Positions 37,301 to 43,814 of a DNA stretch of 64,000 nucleotides are shown here, piece by piece. The notes below the pieces were generated by a model. The model searched no databases and was not told the DNA's origin. It saw nothing but the letters and a program-made list of their open reading frames with translations. The stretch comes from Planctomycetia bacterium (GTDB taxonomy: Bacteria > Planctomycetota > Planctomycetia > Pirellulales > Thermoguttaceae): positions 30,347 to 94,346 of the forward strand of contig JAUNBF010000004.1 in the NCBI GenBank assembly GCA_030527185.1, in the 5' to 3' direction. Both the position numbers and the translations under genes were made by a program. The stretch's first letter is position 1; each line of letters starts with the position of its first letter.

Positions 37301-37753
37301 AATCCAGACCAGACGCCACAATCCGCCCGCGTCCTGGTACTTGAAAAAATAGTATGTCCGATCCGGCCGTCGTTTGTTTTCGATCAAATCCTGAAATTCT
37401 TCCGACAATTTCTGGTAGAGAATCTTCTCCGTCGTCGAGGAGGGCTTGATCCGCTCAAAACGCAATTGTAATCGTTCGATCTCACTCGATAACTTTTCGT
37501 TCAAATCTTCATTATTGACCGTCGTGCAGGTTATCTCTTCAATCCGCCCACCCTGGTCGTTCCGAATATAAAAAGAGAGAATTTCGCCATTTTCATCCCA
37601 TTCCGGTTCCGGGGTCATGCCGCCAAACCATCGAAACAGAATCCGATCGTTGGCGTTCGTGGGATCGAAAAGAGGGCAACCAGGTTCCAGTGCCACGGGA
37701 CGGAAGAATTGTCCAGATTCCGAAAGATTGATACGTACAAACGCTTTGGCCAT
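31331..37753 (-). CDS. Giant single-pass membrane protein: cytoplasmic N-domain with zinc ribbon, TM helix, ~1900 aa of Big_2-like Ig repeats
   Basis: 2140 aa. C167/C172..C186/C189 (CDDEAC..CPIC). Basic stretch KRKAREAARRRNRR then TM ILAVLFLLFLAGWVLW (nt ~37076-37129). Many repeats end in motifs like GKKAGSAEITVTDG and GKAGITAEL, typical of bacterial Ig-like group 2 domains. Confidence 0.85.
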   Translation of the reverse strand: MAKAFVRINLSESGQFFRPVALEPGCPLFDPTNANDRILFRWFGGMTPEPEWDENGEILSFYIRNDQGGRIEEITCTTVNNEDLNEKLSSEIERLQLRFERIKPSSTTEKILYQKLSEEFQDLIENKRRPDRTYYFFKYQDAGGLWRLVWIPGYHPIHQEFGTPLICDDEACNELYVRLPGAKARCPICLKVPTAKRKAREAARRRNRRILAVLFLLFLAGWVLWNQLTLKVVPGPWKTSVGATATFRVITPGWDGFGFFLSEDVTDRVLQAVEDPTIAFFQEDSRTALACSEGETKIHFFHGWRRKSVPVTVAAAVNPQRIWLEPEHLTLADGSTAQVRLMGEWEDGRISELSNAADWNAKNDGTVYFYQGFVEGLQPGESTISARYRATPQDSWMDASATVSVGTAAITSLEIALGTATLPVGKKVGLQVFGRTAEGEKYEFTGSSHLQWGIDPPAMARYGGNHLRTLQSGTGRLQVALTDGTPAATVIQTAETVLTIEQKATDARLRVYPAGKEAQITLAVDQKYPLSWICGDESAVSVTSSQPNVVRVEKNRYLIGKKAGSAEITVTDGTQEITLPVTVAALKADGLMMYPPVAAVAVDHEICPEFFARCGASRFYALDTGAVRAESLPNVRYAGMDFRRMGIRGLNPTTQDDPQQIVFSYQGQKKASSVQVIPAPMRLEIRPGGKVALPLGLCQTFDGWATYGDGVSTLVPYTRMQWNTNPLPDEVEGFDFVHGKAMALDVGAGPVNIWGNYLGTESNHAELTTVERAEVMLALEVDRSLRVAGEPGMAILTGKTAQGDVELVPNVGKYASGNAEVVAVAGENRGAYKAVAAGTATLTAEHPASENPASVDLRVVHPRNARLYWQPTDVQVAVGEVAPLELMLEGRNPDAGEGEESEWSVAMESPGVYYSFGNRDAVQWQSPLLFGKQASEPFDVSASFLPYLKNPAQARVTVTATNPPQTLRVVPSEVTLAPGQSISLAVEEQLEGSETFTEVLPEKVLWKVPEKLFWRAPSGLLRPSAEVAGEESGVFTLRAQYRGKTAECRITVGTPTLNPADPEVELFVKREPGGKLLPTGASQAYSIWMRKGEVEEPAPNVRWMPDFEGESVVWTAPVLEALKPGHIQWLQANVGDRMVRFWTQTMDPFVPGEKPAPREGEPSAVRIISNSGTEVSMPVGAKYVDYRVEAEYPDGFVRIVTKDANLHAIAGDKSIVSPSNGELVAAKPGKVTFIAEYKGVDSEEPPLTLNVTETVDIDELRLVPEKDIRMLPGETVTFQLHGYKEKKSVGVLTSMGNIVWKSSDPAVAAPQGPVTTSVALGKAGITAELQGITSAPAAVEVVATIDEKLGPTDNVIKMMVGESKLVGKDFALIRGNVDFSMQCKVTPLVPGICEYDAARHALVGKTPGATDVIFTMADKKATMRVIVGGVDQETLTLLREEGEILVEPANSTISAGQATELRVYAVSKDRTVRLERTASAVFRSGDSTVCEVRGLQLCGLKPGGPVEISVMIPEITGKGKAGKATITVDEHPISELVVEPGAIRMSTGDRSNLFIQGRSNSGLRPLFAQPKLKVSVDGNAAKMNGIQSVEAVAAGKATVQIDWENRLQRAVSVEVDDNPYTNLAIDPVHTTVAVGEGRAYQVTALRGGRLYVLQPETGLQLTTADPNIAVVQGNMIFGKTVGKTNVVARFAGLVSEGTIEVVEVSAIPVSVESAYVDPNAAVTYRTGDTILDGGYHGVTSTDVFGDRAVDYVTTDGYSIGSVTGLRFNPASMRLSQTSGAVPLQILEEYSDGRPGRDVSADPGLELSSSSSLFTLERGENGIYRLVPNGKEGTGRVSAQLGDRTALPLFVQVGNVAAEGAILAVLPGALEMSVGNTMTFDSVRVMPSSGMMPMDVAYRVSVVENAGVVSVEGNTIRANAPGTARLQVSSIDPQGVYDNLTTYVPVTVTKPLQLSLSPMDITLRVGETTPSFVVTARDETGQSFPVSATISSTDETILQQDSLDPSRFRAVSLGKSQIRAAYGGQELYATVAVAGERYLSVDGQLNENANDFTVTLSVSASQGEGALEYRVYEANTAPPEVWVAGTPGADGLNVLLSSPAIAYRGRNDQYTLIIESRTAGGSNIQKYPYNFRIGGMIKRVD

Positions 37754-38040
37754 GAGTTTTATCCATTAACGATTTTAATAGCTTGTCATAATTCCTGTCC
37801 ATCCTCCTCGAATCTCCTTCCCTGGAGCCAAAAAAGGTGACTTTCGATAGGAAGTCGGGGAATGGACAGAACTCCCTGATGAGTGAAAAAAAGGAATACT
37901 CTTTATAGCTTAACTCTTTACCCCGAAAATTTCAAGAACGTTCCTCCCAATTTTGCCAAAATTTTTGAAAATTTTTGAGACTTCCTCCCCACTCTTCCGC
38001 TTTCTTGCCAAAATTTTCACAACTTCCGCTTTCCGTATGC

Positions 38041-38068
38041 TTGACGTGAGGAAAAAATCACTTAAAAT
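38041..38068 (+). promoter_or_regulatory. Candidate promoter TTGACG-16-TAAAAT for the SDR gene
   Basis: TTGACG 38041-38046 and TAAAAT 38063-38068. ATG at 38153. Confidence 0.4.
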
Positions 38069-38152
38069 AGAACTGGATTCTGTGTTTAAAAACTCCTCAG
38101 AGTTTCTATCCCCCCGATAGAACTCTCTTGAATACGAAAGGGAAAAACTTCC

Positions 38153-38959
38153 ATGAGTGAAAAACGAAAACCTCTGGCTGTCGTCACTGGTGCATCCAGT
38201 GGTCTGGGAATGTGTTTTGCACGTCAATTGGCCGCGGAAGGATACGATTTGCTTCTCGTTGCCCGACGTGGTTTTGTGCTGGAGTCGCTCAAAGAAGAGC
38301 TGGAAAGGCTCTACCCCATTGCCGTCGAAACGTTTGAGGCCGACCTTTCCGAAAAAGAACCTCTGCGTGAATTGGAAAAAAAGATCGAGTCGAGCGAAAA
38401 TCTCCTCTACCTCATCAACAATGCCGGGTTCGGAACGGGAGAAAGCTCTTTTCCCAACGTCGATGTCGAACAGGAAACGCGAATGCTGGCTCTGCACAAT
38501 CTTGCCCCGATGCGGTTGTGTCGGGCGGCGCTGATTCCCATGGCGGTCAATAATATGGGATACATCATCAACGTCGCTTCTGCTGCGGCCTTTCTCGCCT
38601 CTCGTGGGGCTGCCGATTACAGTGCCACGAAAGCGTTCCTCGTCTCTTTTTCTCGTGGGTTGCAGTGTGACTGTATCGACAAAGGGGTTCATGTCCAGGC
38701 TCTTTGCCCAGGATTTGTCCGTACCGGTTTTCATCAGTCCGAAACGATGAAAAATAGCGGTACTGGGGAAAAAGTGCCCCACTGGCTCTGGCTGGAAGCA
38801 CCCTGGGTCGCGCAGAAGTCTTTGCGGCAGGCGCGAAAAAAATATCTTCGACGGGTGGCCTATGTTCCTTCCCTACGATATAAAATAATCGTTGCGTTTC
38901 TTGCTTCCCGATGGTTGTCGCCACTGCGTGTTCTGCTGTCTTGCGGACGTGCCCGATAA
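38153..38959 (+). CDS. Short-chain dehydrogenase/reductase (SDR) family oxidoreductase
   Basis: AVVTGASSGLG cofactor motif, NNAG, and YSATKAF catalytic Y-x3-K. Confidence 0.9.
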   Translation: MSEKRKPLAVVTGASSGLGMCFARQLAAEGYDLLLVARRGFVLESLKEELERLYPIAVETFEADLSEKEPLRELEKKIESSENLLYLINNAGFGTGESSFPNVDVEQETRMLALHNLAPMRLCRAALIPMAVNNMGYIINVASAAAFLASRGAADYSATKAFLVSFSRGLQCDCIDKGVHVQALCPGFVRTGFHQSETMKNSGTGEKVPHWLWLEAPWVAQKSLRQARKKYLRRVAYVPSLRYKIIVAFLASRWLSPLRVLLSCGRAR

Positions 38960-38973
38960 ATCCCCAGAAAATG

Positions 38974-39006
38974 GCTCCTTTCGCGGGAACTGTCTGGGAA
39001 AGGAGC
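38974..39006. terminator. Bidirectional hairpin between convergent genes
   Basis: GCTCCTTTC (38974-38982) pairs perfectly with GAAAGGAGC (38998-39006). 15-nt loop. Lies between the SDR stop (38959) and the WYL gene stop (39009). Confidence 0.5.
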
Positions 39007-39008
39007 TT

Positions 39009-40202
39009 CTACGATTGGTATATCTTCGTCATGTTTTTGACATGTTCGATGATTTTATCCCGTAATTCCGGCGGGCGAAGGACTTCCACCTGATCTCCAT
39101 AGCCTAAAATCCACCATTGAATTTCTTCCAGCCCGGAGACTTCCAAATAATAATCCAGCGTTCCGTCGGCTCGTTCGTCAAATCTCCCCGTTCGGTGCCA
39201 GCGTACACTGCGGACATTCGGGGCGACTTTGGCACTGAATCGCAGATGAACCTTGGTATCTTTCTCCTCACGAATCATGCACCACGCATTTCCGAGAGAT
39301 TTTTCATAACTCCAGCCCAAAGGAACCGTAAAACGCTCGTTCGTGACCGTCAAACTCCGAATTCTTTCGATATGAAACGTCCGAATCGCGTTGTGAAGCG
39401 TACTGCGACCTGTTATATACCACGCTCGGCGGGTGAAATGAAGGTGGTAGGGAAGAAGTGTCGTCACGATCGTTTTTCGCTCAAAAACACTATCGTATTC
39501 CATCCTTACCTGAAGACGATTGTTGTGCGCATAAAGAATCTGATGAAAAATGCGTCCATCTTCAGAAGGAAAGGCTGTGGCGCATCCTTGAATACTCATA
39601 CGCTGCAACGTGCCATCCTGTTTCTTTACTCGAAATTCCTCCGAGAACAAACAACTCAATTTATAAATAGCACTTTGTGTTGCCTCCAGGTAAGGAATGG
39701 ACGCGTAATCATTACCACAAGCCAGACAAAGAAGGTACAGTGCCAATGCTTCCTCACAGGTTAAATCCAACGTGAGAAAAAAGCGACCTTCCTTCGAGAT
39801 TAACCGATACTGAGAGCGAATGTTCTTCGTCAGTTGAATCTGCAAGATCGTTTCAATACTCTCAAAGTCTCGATAAATCGAACGTTCTGAACAATTCAGT
39901 TTTTGCGACAAAACCCGAACAGAATACCAATCCTCCTGTAAATACTGAAGCACTCTTAAAACACGAATCACGCGTCGCGCAAGGCTTTCCGAGTTATTTT
40001 CCTCCTCCTCGTCGACCTTTTTCTTCGGCGGTCTCCCGCGACGAACCACTTTCGTCTCCGACTTTTCAGGAATGCTCTTTTTCTTCCCTTTCCCAGGATA
40101 GTTGCTGGAACTCACCATCGTTTCTTCATCGGCAACTTTCTTCGTGACTCTCTTCTTCGGTTTATCGGAAGTATTCCTGGAATCTGTCTCTTTTTTTCTC
40201 AT
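39009..40202 (-). CDS. HTH + WYL-domain transcriptional regulator with basic AT-hook-like N-terminal tail
   Basis: The track ORF extends to 40295 and overlaps argF. ATG 40202 gives MRKKETD... RRGRPPKKK (AT-hook core RGRP). HTH VRVLSQKLNCSERSIYRDF. WYL signature RRAWYITGRSTLHNAIRTFHIERI. Confidence 0.8.
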   Translation of the reverse strand: MRKKETDSRNTSDKPKKRVTKKVADEETMVSSSNYPGKGKKKSIPEKSETKVVRRGRPPKKKVDEEEENNSESLARRVIRVLRVLQYLQEDWYSVRVLSQKLNCSERSIYRDFESIETILQIQLTKNIRSQYRLISKEGRFFLTLDLTCEEALALYLLCLACGNDYASIPYLEATQSAIYKLSCLFSEEFRVKKQDGTLQRMSIQGCATAFPSEDGRIFHQILYAHNNRLQVRMEYDSVFERKTIVTTLLPYHLHFTRRAWYITGRSTLHNAIRTFHIERIRSLTVTNERFTVPLGWSYEKSLGNAWCMIREEKDTKVHLRFSAKVAPNVRSVRWHRTGRFDERADGTLDYYLEVSGLEEIQWWILGYGDQVEVLRPPELRDKIIEHVKNMTKIYQS

Positions 40203-40224
40203 CGTTTCGTCCCCGACAAATCGT

Positions 40225-41136
40225 TTACCGTTGACGCAATAACCAGACAATCGCTCCTTTTTGAGCATGCATCCGATTTCCCGCTTCCTGAACAATCACG
40301 CTCTGTTTCCCCTGCATCACCTCATCCGTCACTTCCAACCCGCGCCGTGCCGGAAGGCAGTGCATGAAATAAGCCTGCGGACAGTGAGCCATCAATGCCG
40401 CGTTGACCTGATATGGAGCAAACGCCTTTTCCCGCTTCGCTTTTTCCTCCTCCTGCCCCATGCTGACCCAGACATCGGTATAAACCACGTCCGCTCCCGT
40501 CACCGCTTCCACCGGGTCCTGCGTCACCCGCAATTTCCAACCAGGTTGATTCTCCGCAATCAATTGAAGCGTCTCGTCGGAAAACTGGTACTCCTTGGGA
40601 ACCGCCAGACTCATCTCAATCCCCAGTTTGCCACAGATAAACGCCAGACTCAACGCCACATTATTCGCGTCTCCCACCCACGCCAGTTTTCTCCCTTGCG
40701 TATCTCCCAGCAATTCCCGCATCGTGAAAATATCTGCCAATGCCTGGCACGGATGGCAAAAATCGGTCAACCCGTTGATTACCGGAATCGGCGACCAGTG
40801 CGCAAATTCCACCACATCTTCGTGATGTTTGGCTCGAATCATGACCAGATCGACCATCTCTCCCAAAACCCGCGCAAAGTCGCAAATCGGCTCCCGTTTT
40901 CCAAAGCCAACCTCCTCCGCCAGAAAAATGGCCGACCCGCCCAGATGAGTCATCCCTGCCTCAAAACTGACGCGCGTCCGCAACGACTGTTTCTCAAAAA
41001 TCATCCCCATCACATAACCGGGATACAACGGTTCGCGAATACCACGACGATACCGTTCCTTCAATTCCCGACCCGTCGCCAGGATTTCTTCGATTTCCAA
41101 TGGACTCAAATCTTTTAGCGTCAGCAAATGTCGCAT
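40225..41136 (-). CDS. argF: Ornithine carbamoyltransferase
   Basis: The track start at 41154 is TTG. ATG 41136 gives MRHLLTLKDL. SLRTRVSFE, HPCQALAD and HCLPA motifs. Confidence 0.9.
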   Translation of the reverse strand: MRHLLTLKDLSPLEIEEILATGRELKERYRRGIREPLYPGYVMGMIFEKQSLRTRVSFEAGMTHLGGSAIFLAEEVGFGKREPICDFARVLGEMVDLVMIRAKHHEDVVEFAHWSPIPVINGLTDFCHPCQALADIFTMRELLGDTQGRKLAWVGDANNVALSLAFICGKLGIEMSLAVPKEYQFSDETLQLIAENQPGWKLRVTQDPVEAVTGADVVYTDVWVSMGQEEEKAKREKAFAPYQVNAALMAHCPQAYFMHCLPARRGLEVTDEVMQGKQSVIVQEAGNRMHAQKGAIVWLLRQR

Positions 41137-41169
41137 GATAACGTTCCTTGACAAGAATTTTTAAGGGTT

Positions 41170-42348
41170 TTACACACTCTTCAAAACATCGCACAAAATA
41201 TCGCAGCCCGCATGAACTTCCGCTTCCGTCAAAATAGCCGCAGGCAAAAGCCGAAGCACCGTACCGTGCGTGCAGTTGATCAGCAGTCCCCGTTCCATAC
41301 ATCGTTGGACAATTTCCGTACCGTTCATGTTCAGCTCGATACCGATCATCGCTCCCCGACCGCGGACATCTTCAATCAAGTCGCACGTCTGCTGCAATTC
41401 CCGGAAACGCTGGAGGAATATCTCGCAGTTCCGATTCGCGTTTTCGAGAAGATTTTCCTCTTCAATCATCTGAATCGTGGCAATTCCGCCTGCCGCCGCA
41501 ATCGGATTCCCGCCGAACGTCGCCGCGTGCATTCCAGGCCGAAGCGAAGTTGCCAATTCCGAACGGCACATCAACACCCCTGCCGCCAGTCCTCCCGAAA
41601 CTGCCTTGGCCAACGACATCGTGTCCGGCGTCACGCCCAGTCGCTGATACGCAAACCACGTCCCGGTACGGCCACACCCTGTCTGCACCTCGTCAAAATG
41701 CAACAACAGCCCTTTCTGGTCACACAACGTCCGCAGCCCCTTCAAAAATTCCTCCGACGGAATCCGAACGCCCCCTTCGCCCTGAATCGGCTCCAGCATG
41801 ATGGCGGCAATCTCTTTGTCGTTCTCCACAATTTCCTTCACTGCCTGCAAATCATTGTACGGTGCATAGACAAAACCAGGCAAAAGCGGTCCCAATCCTT
41901 CATGGTACTTGGCCTGTGCCGTGGCGGAAAGCGAACCCATCGTCCGACCATGAAAACCACCTTCAAACGTGATGATTTTGTACTTTTTCTCACTGCTATA
42001 GTGCAATCGAATCAGTTTGATGGCCGCTTCGTTCGCCTCCGTGCCGGAATTGCAGAAAAAGCACTTTCCGCCAAAACTCCGCTCCGAGAGCATCTGTGCC
42101 CACTCTCCCTGAACGCGAGAGTACCACGAATTCGGAATGTGAATCAATTCGCCCAACTGCTTCCGAACCGCTTCCACCACACGTGGCGGGCAATGTCCCA
42201 ACAGATTGCACCCCCAACCGGGGAAGAAATCCAAATACCGTTTGCCATCTTCATCCCAGATGTACGAACCTTCGCCACGCACCAGTGTGACCGGGTAACG
42301 AGTGTAATTGGGAATCACGTACTTTTCAAACAAATCCAAAGTTTTCAT
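41170..42348 (-). CDS. argD: Acetylornithine aminotransferase (class III PLP)
   Basis: FFCNSGTEANEAAIKL and DEVQTGCGRTG, with the SLAKAVSGG PLP-lysine region. Confidence 0.9.
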   Translation of the reverse strand: MKTLDLFEKYVIPNYTRYPVTLVRGEGSYIWDEDGKRYLDFFPGWGCNLLGHCPPRVVEAVRKQLGELIHIPNSWYSRVQGEWAQMLSERSFGGKCFFCNSGTEANEAAIKLIRLHYSSEKKYKIITFEGGFHGRTMGSLSATAQAKYHEGLGPLLPGFVYAPYNDLQAVKEIVENDKEIAAIMLEPIQGEGGVRIPSEEFLKGLRTLCDQKGLLLHFDEVQTGCGRTGTWFAYQRLGVTPDTMSLAKAVSGGLAAGVLMCRSELATSLRPGMHAATFGGNPIAAAGGIATIQMIEEENLLENANRNCEIFLQRFRELQQTCDLIEDVRGRGAMIGIELNMNGTEIVQRCMERGLLINCTHGTVLRLLPAAILTEAEVHAGCDILCDVLKSV

Positions 42349-42375
42349 CTCTCTATGCCTTTACTAGCCACCAAA

Positions 42376-42395
42376 CAATTATCAATTATCAATTA
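42376..42395 (-). repeat. (TAATTGA)n heptamer repeat beginning at the argB stop codon
   Basis: The sense strand reads GAA TAATTGA TAATTGA TAATTG TTTGG. The first TAA is the argB stop. Confidence 0.85.
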
Positions 42396-43307
42396 TTCCG
42401 GGTGTACGAAATGCGACGAATATTTTCCATTGCTGGCAATAATTTCTGTCCCAATTCCAACCGTCGTGAAAATTTCCAACATCAGGGAGTGCCGCAGACG
42501 TCCATCGACGATATGGACTTTCCGTACCCCTTTGTGAATCGTGTCGAAACAGGCCTGCACTTTCGGAATCATCCCGGAGGAAATCGCTCCCGAGGCAAAC
42601 ATTTTCTCCGCCATTTCCTGTGTCAGCGTCGGAACCAGCGAATCCGGGTCGTCTTTGTCCAGCCGCACGCCATTGACATCGCTGAGATAGACCAGTTTTT
42701 CAGCCCGAAAAGTCTGTGCCACCACCTTCGCCACCGTGTCGGCATTGACATTCAGCTTCATCCCATCCTCTGTCATGCACATCGATGGAATGACCGGAAT
42801 GACGTTCCGTTTCAGCAACTCCTGAATTGGTTCGGTATGGATATGCGTTGCCTCACCCACAAATCCCAAATCGAGAAGCTCCCCATTTTCCCCCTTCAAC
42901 TGGATCGGCTTCCCAAAAACCACATTTTCCGTGTTGAAATTCAGCGACTTGGCATTGCCACCCAGAATGGTGATCTGTTCCACGAGTTGCTCATTGATTT
43001 CCGTGGCCAGCACCTTTTCCACAATCTGGAGCGTCCGCTCGCACGTATAACGCCGCCCCTGCACAAAACGGGACTCCAACCCCGCTTCCACCATTGCCCG
43101 ATTGATTGCCGGTCCGCCGCCATGCACCACAATCGGCTTGATTCCCACCGTCTCCATGAAAACCAAATCTTGCAGCAAATGCGACATCGCCAACGGATCG
43201 GTCATCAAGCTCCCACCCAATTTAATAACGAATATCTTGCCACGAAATTCTCGAATCCAGTACAGAGCCTCAATCAGAATATCCGCTTTCTCTATCGCAT
43301 CCAGCAC
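42393..43307 (-). CDS. argB: Acetylglutamate kinase
   Basis: GTG start. FVIKLGGS, VVHGGGP and NVNADT motifs. Confidence 0.9.
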   Translation of the reverse strand: MLDAIEKADILIEALYWIREFRGKIFVIKLGGSLMTDPLAMSHLLQDLVFMETVGIKPIVVHGGGPAINRAMVEAGLESRFVQGRRYTCERTLQIVEKVLATEINEQLVEQITILGGNAKSLNFNTENVVFGKPIQLKGENGELLDLGFVGEATHIHTEPIQELLKRNVIPVIPSMCMTEDGMKLNVNADTVAKVVAQTFRAEKLVYLSDVNGVRLDKDDPDSLVPTLTQEMAEKMFASGAISSGMIPKVQACFDTIHKGVRKVHIVDGRLRHSLMLEIFTTVGIGTEIIASNGKYSSHFVHPE

Positions 43308-43416
43308 GGCACTTCTCCCAAAAACCAGAGTCCGACAATAATAAGGTAAACTTTTATTCTACCACTCCCCTCCCCAAATGTCAAGCGGGAAGTGAGAAAC
43401 CCTGACTTCAGAATTT

Positions 43417-43452
43417 CCCCTATTCTTCCACCATTTCGCACTGCGGCAGGGA
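43417..43452. repeat. 36-bp direct repeat (copy 1), a duplicate of the dinG 3' end
   Basis: CCCCTATTCTTCCACCATTTCGCACTGCGGCAGGGA is identical to 45635-45670. Confidence 0.95.
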
Positions 43453-43814
43453 CAATCATGGAGGATAGAATGAATGAGCAAATAACTTTTGCGGATTGGG
43501 GAATCTGTGAGACGGAAGCGGAGTACGAGATGGGAAACGTTTTGACGGAAGATGATAGGAGATGATCTCCGTGGAAAACGTGGGCGTCCTCCACGGGATA
43601 AATCACCAGTTTTTTACGCATACAAGTTCCCTATTTTCAAGCACTTGCGAAACTTCTTCTTTGCGAAGCTCCCGATGTGCTTACGAGCGGGGTAAATATC
43701 GCGTTTTACGAGGGATAACAGGTATTTTCAAGAAAATCGATCGGTAAACGTTGATTTTTTGAAATACGACTTTCCATGGCAAAATCAGAGATTGGTTCAG
43801 CGATTCACTAAAAA

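Noticed and set aside
43292-43621. 109-aa minus-strand ORF, and a 35-codon plus-strand ORF (43457-43564), in the islet border region
   Set aside because: Neither has a recognisable motif or SD. The 109-aa ORF runs through the 36-bp direct repeat in a frame different from dinG and overlaps the argB start. I treat both as non-coding unless expression data say otherwise.
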